From the NCBI GenBank assembly GCA_046563655.1, contig CM102287.1, positions 2,542,001-2,606,000 of the forward strand: a DNA stretch of 64,000 nucleotides. Direction: 5' to 3'. Made by a program: the position numbers and the translations under genes. Of this stretch, positions 36,924 to 49,378 are shown one piece after another (the first letter of the stretch is position 1; each line of letters starts with the position of its first letter). The stretch is from Yuukianura sp. NJ FZ-2021 (lineage: Eukaryota). Below the pieces are notes generated by a model that was given only the letters and a program-made list of their open reading frames with translations, did not search any database and was not told where the DNA came from.

Positions 36924-39900
36924 ATGGGCCCTAAAATGTCAACTTTACTTTTGATCTTGGTGACCTTGGTGACCTGGGACAGAGGTCAAACAGAGGTCAA
37001 GGCCAATCTGGACATTGAAGGTTGTCACCTACAGTCATCAGGTCATCATCAACATCATCTTCAAAGTGATTCAGCAGTTGACACTTCAAAAACAGAAAGT
37101 GACTACGCAGACTCCGTTTTATGTCAAATCAGAACTTTACAGAGTGACCTTGACTTTGACAACTTGACTCTTCACTTGGCCGTCCCCATGGAGAAGGTCA
37201 CAACTCTCAAGGTCATGTGCAATGACCTTTTGTTCTTCGAATCAGTGCTGAGTCCAGGTCAACTCAGTGGATTCTCCGAGGTCATTGACCTGTCAATTGA
37301 GCAGTGCAAACTCAAGGTCATCACGGCAGACGCTTTTCTTGGTCTGGACAATTTGAAACACCTAAAAATCAATACTGGCAACTCAGACTGGGCTGCCAGG
37401 TCACTCGAACTGTCCAGTTCAGCTTTTGAAACTGTGAAATCTCTCCAGAGTCTCCATCTAGGCTACAATCACATGTGGGCCCTTCCACAAAAACTTCTGT
37501 GTCCCTTAGAGGCCCTTAAAGTCCTCAACTTGACCCACAATCTATTAAGTGACATTGATGACCTTGGCCTCTCCGGCTCAAATCCACCGCAATCCAGGAA
37601 AAGTACTCCAGGAATTTTCAGAAGTTCGGCTGGAAGCGACATTTTAGCGGCGACATTTCAGCCGACGTGTCTCTCTGAGCTCAAAAAGCTGGACATTTCG
37701 CACAACAGTCTGCGCCGACTCGGATCTCGTCGGTTTGAGAACCTAAAGCGCCTGGAAGATCTGCGTCTCCATGACAACTGGCTGGAGGAAGTCCATGACC
37801 TCACGCTTTTCGGTCTCTCAGGACTCAAATCGCTGAATTTGTCGTCCAATCGCTTAATCGCTCTTCCTTCTACGCTGTTCCAGCATTCCCCGCAACTTAG
37901 AAACCTTGATTTAAGAAATAACTCACTTTCTTCACTTTCTCCCGCGCTTTTCGCGCGTCTTGAGTTTTTAGTCGTTTTGGATCTCAGTAGAAATAGTTTA
38001 TCTAGCCAGTGGATGACAGTAGAAAGTTTCCGAGGATTAGTGCGATTAGTGATTCTCAATTTAAGTCACAATCAACTAACGCACTTGACCCCTGCGACAT
38101 TCAGTGACCTCTACACTTTGCAAGTGCTTGACCTTAGTAATAACTTGATTTCGTCAATTGCCGACTCCACTTTTACGCCAATGAGTAACCTCCATGAGCT
38201 CAATTTGGCCAGAAATAAGCTCGTTTCAATTGAAAGCAAGATGTTCAATGGGCTATACGTTCTGCACAAACTCAGCTTGGATTATAATCAGATCACGCGA
38301 ATTGATTTAGAAGCGATGAAAAATTGCACAAGCTTGAGTGACCTCGGATTGGTCGGAAATTTATTAACGGAAGTTCCCGAAGCTCTCCGAGGACTCCAGT
38401 ACTTGAAAACGCTTGATTTAGGTAACAAATCCTAAGTTTTAAAGAAATTCTGAATTTTGAAGAAAGTTCTGAATTTTTCTTAAGAAAGTTCTGAATTCGT
38501 CTTTTTTGTATTTTTTTTCTGAAGAAAATTCTCAATTTGTCCTCTTTTTTTTGTCTTTTTTTTTAGGAGAAAACCGAATTTCTAGAGTTTCTAACGACTC
38601 TTTCTCTGGGATGAGTCAACTGCACTCTGTTCGTTTGGTGGAGAATGACCTTGAGGAGATTCCTTCTGGACTGTGTGACCCCGTGAGTGACCTCCGTGTG
38701 TTGAATGTTGGTCAGAACAAAATCAAGAGAGTTGGGTCAAAAGCATTCGTGTCATGTCCAGAACTGAGAGTACTTCGACTGGACTCCAATGCCCTGGACA
38801 GTCTCCCGTCCAACTTGGTTCCACAGTTACCAAACCTCATCTGGCTCAATGTCTCTCAAAATCAGATTCAAACTGCACACTACTCAGCACTTCCGCCATC
38901 ACTCGAGTGGTTCGGTAAGAAAATTCAAAAAAGTAGGACTATTTTAACAAAAAAAAAATTCTGAAAAAAAAATTCTGAATTTCTTTTAAATATTAGTTCA
39001 CTTTCTGCTTTCACGAGAAGAGAAAACAAAACAAATGAAAATGACAATTTTTTTTCAGATGTGAGTCACAATCGATTGGTGGCTCTCGGTGGAGCTTCGG
39101 GTTCTGGAAGTGGAGCCACCATGGGAAAAAGTGGACTTTCTCCTGGTCATGTCCACCGCTCTAGTCATCATAATGCTAAACTCCGTTTCGTAGATGCTTC
39201 ACATAACCTTTTGACCCAACTTGACCTCAATTCAGTTCCAGCATCACTCGAAAAACTTGTGGTCAGTCATAATCGTTTGACCAAAATTCTGCCAGACACT
39301 TTTAGTCGCTCGACTCATTTGCATCGTGTGGATTTGATTGGAAATCAGCTGGAAACTATTCCATTAGCAGCACTCAGGTTCCACCAAATTCCTATGTCCA
39401 AACCACTTCCTCAATTTTCTCTAGGTAATCAAAATTTTTAAATTTTTTGAATTTTTTAAACATTTTCGAGCCAATTTCAATCTTCCATCGCGTAAAGCTG
39501 TATTAATCCAAATTCATCCGAAAACGAAAGTCTAAGAGAAAGATTTCTGCAAATATTCTCAGGAATTCCGAATTCGGTCAATATTCTCAGGAATTCTGAA
39601 GAATTCTGTGAAAATTTTTTGAAAAAGTGATTTTTTTTTGAAATTGTAGGTGGAAATCCGTTTTTGTGTGACTGTGACATGGAGTACTTGATGCGCATAA
39701 CACAACTGAGTGCAACACGTCAGTATCCAGTCGTCCTTGACCTGGATGCCATCGTCTGTCGTCTCACCTACTCTCGATCTGTGTCACACATTCCTCTTCC
39801 GGAAATGAAACCTCAAAACTTCTTATGTCCTTACACCTTCCACTGCTTCCAAACTTGCCAGTGCTGCGAATTTGACGCCTGCGGTAACTCAAATTTAAAA

Positions 39901-42900
39901 TTTCTCAACAAATTTTGAAGAAAAAGAAAATTTTGAAGAAAAATGTTGTCAAAAGAAAAGTCGTTCAGAAAAACTTGAGTTCTATCAATAGCTCTAAAAT
40001 TCATTTGAAAGTTCACTACTGCACACAGTGTCGTGAGATCCACTCAAAGTGGAAATTTTTTGTCGAATTTTTTTGTTGTATTCGATCCTAAACTGCTAGT
40101 AATGGACCAAATTGACCATAAAAAATGACCTGGACCGAAATTTTTCAAAAAAAACGAAAAATCCGAAATTCGGAGTTTTCATTTATCCGGAGCTATTTCT
40201 CGGAGTTTCTCAACCAGAAGCAATAGTTCACTGCAAAAAACGCTTAAGTTTTGAATTTCAGCCCATTCGGTTGCAAAATGGCGGAGTTATAGCGAATTAT
40301 CCGAATTTCGGGGTCAACTTTGCGAGGGTCTCCCGGGTGTTCCAAAGGGATATTCGAAGTATGCAAGGTGGCGTTGGAAAGGCATTCCCTTGGGCTACAA
40401 ATTATACCTTAACACTTTTTCGAATATACCTTTGGAAATTGAGATATGTCGCCCGGAATGAAAGCGACAATTCATGGGGGGATAAACATAGCTTATAGAA
40501 TACCGTAAAAAAATTAATGCCGAAATAGTGCAACCGATGTAGTCAATTAATGCTTACGTATTGATTGACACTAGTATTATGTATTCTGAAATAATCTGAG
40601 TTCAATCTGAACCAAGTTGATTTGTAGAATCAATTATAAATTTGTAGCTTAATGCTAATGGACCAAAGTTCCCCCCATGAATTGTCGCTTTCATTCCGGG
40701 CGACATATCTCAATTTCCAAAGGTATATTCGAAAAAGTGTTAAGGGATAATTTGTAGCCCAAGGGAATGCCTTTCCAACGCCACCTTGCATACTTCGAAT
40801 ATCCCTTTGGAACACCCGGGAGACCCTCGCAAAGTTGACCCCGAAATTCGGATAATTCGCTATAACTCCGCCATTTTGCAACCGATTGGGCTGAAATTCA
40901 AAACTTAAGCGTTTTTTGCAGTGAACTATTGCTTCTAGTTGAGAAACTCCGAGAAATAGCTCCGGATTTAAGAAAACTCCGAATTTCGGATTTTTCGGTT
41001 TTTTTTGCGAAATTTCGGTCCAAATTATTTTTTATGGCCAATTTGGTCCATTACTAGCAGTTTAAGATCGAATACAACAAAAAAATTCGACAAAAAATTT
41101 CATTTCCACTTTGAGTGGATCTCACGACACTGTGCTGCAGCCGAAATGACATTTTGATTTTGATTTCTAGACTGCTCCATGACGTGTCCCACCAACTGCA
41201 CTTGTTACCATGGTGACTCCTGGACAGCCAATGTCGTGGACTGCGCAAATTCAAACTTAACTTCCGTCCCACCGCGCATTCCAATGGACTCCACCGCTGT
41301 TAACTTAGATGGCAATTTTATCCCGGTTTTAAAAAGTCACAGTTTCATTGGTCGAAAAACTTTGAGAAGTTTATATCTCAACTCCTCCAGAATCGACTCC
41401 ATCAGCAACAAATCTTTCAATGGACTCCAGTCTCTCGAGTATCTCCATCTCCAGGGAAATCTTCTTCGCCATCTCCATGGATACGAATTTGAGCATCTCA
41501 ACAAATTAAAAGAACTTTATCTCCAGGATAACCTTATCCAGACTATCTCCAACTCTACTTTCTTATCTTTGAAAGAACTGGAAATTTTAAGACTCGATGG
41601 AAACCGAATTTCGGTTTTTACCGTTTGGCAGCTCAGTTTGAATCCATATTTGGTTGAAATCGGACTCGGAAGGAATCCATGGTCATGCGACTGTCACTAT
41701 TTCAATCAACTCCATGGCTGGGTCATTGACAACAAAAACAAGGTCATTGACCTCAGTGACATTCGGTGTGTCTGGAATGTGACAAATCAGGTTGGGCCAT
41801 ATTTGGTTCAGTACAATTCAACTTGCGAAGGGCCCTGGGCCCTTATTCAAGGGGAGCCCTTTGACCTTCAAGGGCTCCTGTCCCTTGGAGCACTTCTTCT
41901 GACGATTCTGGTGACCTTGACCTCTGCGATTTTAGTTTTCGTCTGTCGAGACAATTTAAGATTTTGGTTTCATAAAAAGTTTGGGCTTAGATTGTGTTCT
42001 GGACGAGATGATTTCAGTGAAAGTGAAAAGTGTTATGATGCTTACTTTCTCTACAGCCAAAAAGATGAAGAATTTGTGACAACAAGAGTCGTTGACGAGA
42101 TGGAAACGGTGGAAAACTTTCGGTTTTGTCTCCACTATCGTGATTTACTTTTTGAAAGTGGTGACCTCAAGGAGGTCATGACCTCGGCGCTGGACAGTTC
42201 TAAAAGTTTAGTCTTTTTCTTGTCAAGGAATTTGTTCCAGGGAGAGTGGACAAACGCAGAGTACCGTTCAGCGTTTCAAGCTCTGCTAAAAACCAGTGCT
42301 AAAAAGCTCCCCGAGGGGGTCAAGACTATGGTAATTGTGTATATTGAACCAATTCCAGAACATGAAATGATGCTGGACGTTTCGTCATGGCTAAAAAATG
42401 GCACTAACACTCTCGTTTTAAAGTGGGCAGACAAAAAATTCTGGTCAAAGTTCAAATTCGCACTGCCGGATCCGTCAGTAAGTCATTATCATTCGAACAT
42501 CACGACTTCTTCGGCAGCATCGAGTGACCGTGCCTCAAGTGGTCTCAAATTTTACACTCCTTCTGGTGGTGACCCCAACTTGACCTTTGACCCAGCTCAA
42601 AAGTACTGGCAGTACAATCACAAGTCGGACTTTGTGCAACCAGCATATAGTGAGGGGTACACTCAGAATGAAGATGACGAAAATGAAATGCCGCCGTTTC
42701 TGTTTCAGCCGAACTCCAAATCGCCAGTACCGCTCGGGAATTTTGCCAAACCGAGTTCCAGCGGAACCTCCGGGGGTTCAAGCTACTTGAATCTGGAGGG
42801 GGAACATGTTTACTCGACCTTGGACCCCCCAAGTCCCACCGCCAACATTCAAATGCCTGGTGGATACACTGGCCCCACCCAGCATCAGTACCACTGGCAG

Positions 42901-42996
42901 CCCCACCCCTCACCCAGAAGGGCCCCACCAAGGAGAAAGTCAACTAAAGAAGGCTCAGCTCCACCCGGTGGGACAGTTCAAACTTATTTGGTCTAA
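36924..42996 (+). CDS. Multiple-cysteine-cluster Toll-like receptor of the long-Toll class (Toll-2/6/7/8; closest in motifs to Toll-7/18w), ~1423 aa; exons 36924-38421, 38567-38914, 39059-39424, 39650-39883, 41171-42996
   Basis: Signal peptide, many LRRs, internal NPFLCDC...CQCCEFDACDCSMTCP cluster, PPRIPMD, second NPWSCDC cap, TM helix, TIR (YDAYFLYS, CLHYRD, FWSKFKFALP), EHVYSTLD and C-terminal TYLV. Splices are in frame. Confidence 0.93.
40024..41134. mobile_element. 1111-bp foldback, non-autonomous Transib-like element in Toll intron 4
   Basis: About 460-bp inverted arms (40024-~40482 and ~40670-41134), both starting CACAGTG. 5-bp TSD CTGCA at 40019-40023 and 41135-41139. Confidence 0.9.
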
Positions 42997-43756
42997 ATTC
43001 AAATGTGATATGATACCCCCAAGGGGACACAGCCACTTCCAAGGTCAAGGTCATCAATGTTCTTCTATAAATTACGAAACCTCTTTTCTCTTTTTCAGAA
43101 ATCTAAAGTTTCAATTTTCTAAAATTTCAAATTGTTCTATTTTTGTATTTCTCCTTCACGAAAAACTTGTATTCAGTTTTTGAAAAATGAGCGGCAAGGA
43201 GGCCTCTGTTAACTCTAATTTAATGAATTACATTAATTTATTAAATTGTATTAATTAAAGTAATTTATACAAATTAGGATTGTTAATTAATGCATCTAAG
43301 ACTTTTCCAGAGACTGACACCCTCTCATTAAATTAACAGTTATTAAAGTTAAATATTTAATTTGAAGTTAAATAAAATAATTCAGTCTTAATCTTAATTA
43401 AATAATTTAAAACTCAATCTTTAAAAAAAATAGAAAATGATTTTTTCTTTCTTTTGCTACTCTTCAACGCAACATAAAGTTTTTTTATCTGTTTTGCTTG
43501 GAATTTTTAAAAATCGATCCAAGATTCAAATTGCAGTTGTATGTCGGCTTTCAACTTCACTCAGTGAAAATTTTCAAAAGAGAAACAATGAAGAAAAACA
43601 TTTTTTTTTTCATTTTCAAAATTCAAATTTTAGTAAAATGTCATGCCGAATTTGGTGAATCGTAGGCGCTTAAGGTTGTAAAACAACCGGAATTCTGCTC
43701 TGCTCTTTCCGCATTTTCTAAAAAAGTAAGTTTTTGAAGTTTAGGTTTTTTGAAAA

Positions 43757-46256
43757 ATGGATAATTTTTTATATTTCTCTTTTTGCTTTTTTGTGGTATT
43801 TGTGATGATATGCGGGAGAATTTCAGCACAAGACGAAGGGAATCAAACAACAGCGATTCAAAATGGCGGCGGACCGACTGATATTCAAAATGATCCAAAA
43901 TCTGGAGATGTTTCAGCAAGTGCTAAGCAAAACACGCGGCATTTGAAGTTTACCGGTTAGATTCTAAAAAAACACTAATCAAAATGGGTCTAGTTTTTCA
44001 CTTTTCTAAAAAAAATTGAAATTTTCAAAATTTGGAAACCAGACGACTGGTCCTCAGAGTTCCCGAAATGCAGCCCGGGCAATACCTTTGGGTCACCGAT
44101 TGACCTTAACACGTCCAAGGTCATTCACGTTAAGAAGCATCTACGGACACTGATGCTCTACTCCTTTGAACCAATCAAAACTTACTTCTTGCAAACATGG
44201 TACAACGACACCGAGAACAACATTGTCATGAGTGCATGTAAGGTCAAAGGTCAAAGGTCAAATTCAAGTCAAAGGTCAAAGGTCAACCTTATTTTTGATT
44301 TCAGTGACCATAACCCTCCTGGACAGCATTTTCTTTGAAGCAACTTACATCAATGGCCTTGGATTCAACGAGTTTCAGCTTTTTCAGCGTGCAGTTTTTT
44401 TCATGTCCAAGAGTCCACTGGCTCCTGCGCAATCGCATCATCGCATCAACGGAACCCGATTTCCAATGGAACTCATGTTGACTTTCACAAATCGACTTCC
44501 AGACAACGGCACAATTCGAAACACAACTCAAATTTTCATTATGATCAAGGTTTGAAAAAGAAAAAACACATTTTTTTTTTCAAAAAAGTTCAAAATCCAA
44601 AATTTTGTTTAGATTCAAAAAGATGACAATCCAAACTACTTTCCTGTAATCGACGCAGCCAAGAAAATTTTGAAAATGAAATCGAAATCGGCACAACTCA
44701 AAAATTTAACAGAAACGCTTGCAGCTCTAACCAAAAACCTCACAAAATTGACTCAGCAGTACAGTCAAAGTGGTCGTGGAGGCTCAGTAGAAGTGGTAAG
44801 CAATTTTCAAAATTTCGGAAAAAACTAGTTTTTGGAATTTTTTTTTCAAAATTTCAGCTTGAGCCTGTAATTGGCACAGTGAAACTTGCATTGAAAAAGT
44901 TGTTGAAAAACGAACGCATGCGTACGGGACTGGAGTACATCACTGGCGTCACAAAGAAGGAACTTGAAATAGAAAATTATAAACCACAGCTTGTTAATCT
45001 GACCTCCGAATTTGAATCTTGGAAGACAAAATACGAAACTTTGACTTCAACAGTGAAATCGAATCCAAATGATTTGGAACTTCTGGATGACAAGGCAGAA
45101 AATGATGAGCAAATGAATTTGTACCAAAAGAGATTGACGAGTTTGCGTAAAGTGGTTGGCGCTGTTTCTCAAAAACTTCGCTTTTATGACTCAACTGTTC
45201 AAAAATCAATTGAAGAAGACCGTCAATTGAACAGCACAATTCAAAGCATCACGAGTCAAATTACGGGCGACGAAAAAGTGGAGTCGGGCTCTCAACTTTT
45301 GAATTTCTACCAAAAACAGTTCAAACTCTGGAAACAAATTAAGGAACTCCAGGTAAAATTTTGAAACACGATTTTGAAAACAAATGGTACAAAATTTTGA
45401 AAAACAATTTCGAAAAATTCTGAAAAATGACTACATTTTTCAAAAACTCGACGGTATGAATTTTTATGTTTTCAGAAAAAAGTAAACGAAACGTCAGCGG
45501 AACTGGACAAAACAAAAGACGCTAAAGGCTGGAAGCAGAAGCTGGACACTTTCCAGGTACTTTGGAAAAGTTGTGAAAATTTTGGTTTCTTAGAAATTTT
45601 GAAAAGTGAATTTTTTCAAAATTTTGAAATGAGGTGACATGGCTGTTTCCTGATGGCGGTGGAGTGTACTTCTACAACGGTTCGAGTCCACTTCCACCAT
45701 GTCACCGATTTCGCACGACAATTGTACTGGAACAACCAGTCGGAATTTCTCAAGCGCAGTACAATACGCTGGCAGCGATTTCAGCGTATGAAGGTTACGA
45801 ACAAGTAGCGGATCGCGTGGCTCCAAAATTGGCACAAAGAGGAAACAGACCAGTTTGGTTCAACTCTAAAACGATCCAGTGGATGAGAGACGACGGTGAG
45901 TGACCTTCAAGGGTCAAAGGTCATGAACAAAATTCAAAATTTTGAAATTTTGAATTCATTTTGGTTTTTTTTTTTCAGGAGTTCACATGAAATCAATCGT
46001 TCGGAAGAAGTGGAAAGATGAAATGCGGGAAGAGTGGTCAACGAGTGGAGCTGCTTGTGTTTCTGTTGACGGAAAGAGCAAAATTAACCGGAAAAAGCTA
46101 ATCATTTCCAACATTTTGCTTTTGACTGTTCTAATTATCACGGAATCACTCATTATTCAGTGGACTTTCCTCTGGAATTTTAGACGCACCACAGACACAT
46201 TACGCACGTTGTCACAATTAGCCGCTGAAGCACTTGACCAGTTGGCACAATCCTAG
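43757..46256 (+). CDS. Acatalytic alpha-carbonic-anhydrase-like type I membrane protein with coiled-coil insert, ~645 aa; exons 43757-43955, 44043-44237, 44305-44549, 44613-44795, 44858-45352, 45476-45556, 45634-45895, 45979-46256
   Basis: Signal peptide, WSSEFPKC...SPIDL, SHHRINGTRFPMEL, YFYNGSSPLPPC, GNRPV and a C-terminal TM. Joins keep frame; the acceptor at 45633 is weak. Confidence 0.75.
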
Positions 46257-46305
46257 TTGACACAATTGCAGTTGATACAATTGCAGTTGACACAATTCAG
46301 TTGAC
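46255..46305. repeat. 15-bp tandem repeat (agttgacacaattgc), ~3.5 copies
   Basis: Read directly, immediately after the CA-like stop codon. Confidence 0.7.
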
Positions 46306-46789
46306 AAGATGGCGTGGCGTAGTCCTCACATTCTATCGTTCATTTTCTAAAAAGAAAACCTAAAAATTCCTCGATTTTGTGTAAAATTGTCTTCTTGTGA
46401 AAATTTTAAAAAAAATCAAAAATCGGGACCGATTTCTGTCGGAACTTTGAAAATCAGAAAATTTTTCTAGAATTTTTTCATAGAATTTCCGCTGTTTTCA
46501 TGGTACCATTTGGAAGGGTTAGGTAACTCTTGTTTGTTTCTTAGAGGTTGTCAAGTTTTCCTTGAAATTGCTTGTGGCGCAAAATATTGAAATGATTTTG
46601 AAGTTTGATCGCATCGCTGGAGAACCGAGAATTGTCAAATCATAGACTTTCTGGAACGTTCTGGAAGAAACGCAGTCACTTTTGGCCCAAATCCGGAGAA
46701 AATAGGTGAAAATCAAGAGAAAATCGGAGTAATCAGGAGAAAATCGGGGTAAATTCCTAAAAAATCGGATTTCCGTGAACTCCTTGACC

Positions 46790-47338
46790 ATGAAACGATT
46801 GTTCTGTGCCGTCTTCGTCGTTTCCGTGGTCACCGCAATGCTGGAGGCCAATGACACAACCACCGATGCCCCACCTAGAGAGAGCATCGTAGAACCGATG
46901 GTGGCTCTCGTGAATCCGAATGCCACCGAGAGGCCCTTGGTGGCTCCTCCACCAGAAACAGGAATGTACGTGATCTGGTCACTTGCAATGAAGGCCTGTG
47001 CCAATCCCCACCCTCGGGGGAGGTTCAGTGACCTCGCGAAGTTGAACGAGGTCAAAGGTCACCGCTTCCCCCACAAAGCATTTTGGCTGTTCATGGACGG
47101 AGTGAAGGGCGTGGTCAGAGAATGCTGCGATGGGAAGGGCTTGTACAAGTGCACGGAGGACGAACTGGAGGAACTCACGGCAGAATATGCTAAAATTGCA
47201 AATGCTGAACTGGAGAGAAGAATTGCAGAGAAAATGGCCAAGAAAACTTCAAATGCTGGCAGTACCAAGCACTTTCTTTCTGGAATTTTTGAAATTTTGG
47301 TCATTCCTCTCTATAAGCTGTTCAAAATCTTATTTTGA
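46790..47338 (+). CDS. Secreted, putative GPI-anchored 4-Cys protein, member 11
   Basis: Signal peptide, ACANP...GVVRECC-x7-CTEDEL, SNAG omega-like site and hydrophobic tail. Confidence 0.8.
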   Translation: MKRLFCAVFVVSVVTAMLEANDTTTDAPPRESIVEPMVALVNPNATERPLVAPPPETGMYVIWSLAMKACANPHPRGRFSDLAKLNEVKGHRFPHKAFWLFMDGVKGVVRECCDGKGLYKCTEDELEELTAEYAKIANAELERRIAEKMAKKTSNAGSTKHFLSGIFEILVIPLYKLFKILF

Positions 47339-49378
47339 AAGCTGGATCGCCTAAAGTTAAGTTTCTGCTAGAAAGTAGGAAATTTTGAAAATCTTTCTAA
47401 AAATGTACTAATTTTTACTATTTATTGATTATCTATTGTATTTAATTCTAAATGCTTTTGTTTTTCCTGAAATTGGTTAATTAAAAATCTTATAATTTAC
47501 TTTGAAACTTACGTTTTTTCAAATTTAACTATGAATTTTTTGGAAAGAAAGTTGATTTTTTTGAAAAGTAAGAGCAGTTTTGAAGTTGAAGATTTCGACG
47601 CCATCTGAACAAAATTTCTTCACTTTCAACTCCTCCAGTTTCTCTTTTCCGCTGAACGACGCGAGGGCACTGTACTTTCATTTCAAAACTTAAAGTTGTA
47701 ATTAGTTAATCTTATTATTATAATTGTATTAAATATTTAATTATTATAATTATATAAAATAAGTTACGTGTGGATGATGGTGACTGGTGGACCACCAGGA
47801 ATGATGAAAGCCTTCAACATTTTAATTGCAGCTTCTGTGATGGCTCTATTTACACAAAATTGTAAGATTGGAGTTGAAAGGTCAATTAACTCCCTTCATC
47901 TGCTTTTTCCTTCAGGCAAATGAGATAATTGCTCCAATTTCAAAATTTCGAAATTTGGAAATGCATGTTTTCATGTCTCCATGTTCATTCGACTCTGTTT
48001 ATGTAAGGTCAAAGGTCAAGTGAAAATTTTCACTGCAATGATTTTAATAACTTTTGTGCCTTTCCAGTGCGTGACAAATAATATTTTGATTTAAAGTTAC
48101 GGTGCGTGACACGCCCAAAAATACTTTTTTCATAGTAAATCCAATCTTTATTGCAGCGCAGCGTTCGCTTCCAGCGGTTTGGCTCGAAATCACAACAAAA
48201 ACTAAAATCTGAAATCCAATTCTGGAAATGTCACTTTTTCAAAATTTAATTCACTCGATGTCTTCGGCTTCAAAATTATGACTCTGTTTTCCAAAATGTG
48301 AAAACCTAAATTAATAATTTCAATTCCATAAGAATAAGAACATATTTGAGCATAAATTAGAATTCTACTGTTTCTAGTTTCATTAGTTTGGATCGTAACT
48401 GGTGACACTGATGAAGGTCGTTAGTCACTTCCACTTGTCCTTAAGGGCACCCTTATGGGGACTTAAGGGTACCTTCTACTGGTCCTTAAGGGGACTTAAG
48501 AGCCTATCTTAGGTGGACATGACATGTTGAAATGTGGACTGCGTGTTCATGTCACATCTTGAAGAACCAACGCCCTTGCACCCAGCAGAGCATCAAATGT
48601 CATTTTCCTTTTAATTTAATGAAGGTGGAGCAGAGTGCGTGAACATGCGTTAATTGAGTCCTTAATAAATTATAGCCTCAGTCAATTGATTCCTTGTCTT
48701 AGTAGTTGACATCTTCCTAAGGGCCCTCTCAATAAGGGCCCACTGGACAGTTGACATCAGGGCACCTCCATTCTAGGACTGACAGATTTATGACAACCAC
48801 TTTCACGAAAACTAAACCCGTAACGTTCTTGTCAAATTTTTCGATTTTTCTTTTCTTTTCACTTTTTTTCAATGTTTTTAGCCATTTCCAATCGTTTCTC
48901 GCAAAAATTTCTTGTTGGTATGAAGGGCCCCCCTTTGAAGCGAAGGGGGGACTTTTTGACATAACCTTTGAAATTGTTAAAAAACTTGTTTAGTTTTTTA
49001 GTTTTCAAACATCATGACGTGGACTTAAGGGTGCAAGAGCTTGAAGGTTTAATTAGCTTCCTTCGATCCAATTTCAAAACGTTGTTTAGTTTAGAACTGC
49101 GTTTTCCAAAAAGAAAATTTCTTATTACAAATGTTGATTTTGGGCTCAATTTGGTAAATGCGTGGATACACTTCGGACACTCCCACTTCCTGGACAGGAG
49201 CCCTTAAGGCCTCACCCTTCAAAAAGTTAATGAGCTCCAAGGGCCCATGTCACTGAGCACCCTAATAAAATTGAACTCAGTTTCTCAAAAAGTTAAACAA
49301 AATCTTTATTTTTACACAATTTCATTCCTTCAAAATTTCAAAATTATTCAGCATTTGAATAAGTTTTTACCATTTTGT

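Noticed and set aside
40112..40881. Two ORFs on opposite strands with near-identical peptides (QNGGVIANYPNFG...)
   Set aside because: They are by-products of the inverted arms of the foldback element and show no transposase motifs.
33494..41134. Idea that the two RSS-like elements form a 12/23 pair rearranging the Toll locus
   Set aside because: Each element has its own TSD, indicating independent insertions. No 23-spacer nonamer was found and no RAG-like ORF is in the window.
47774..47925. Signal-peptide-like mini exon (MKAFNILIAASVMALFTQN) with a GT donor
   Set aside because: The nearest acceptor gives a stop after two codons, so no gene model can be supported.
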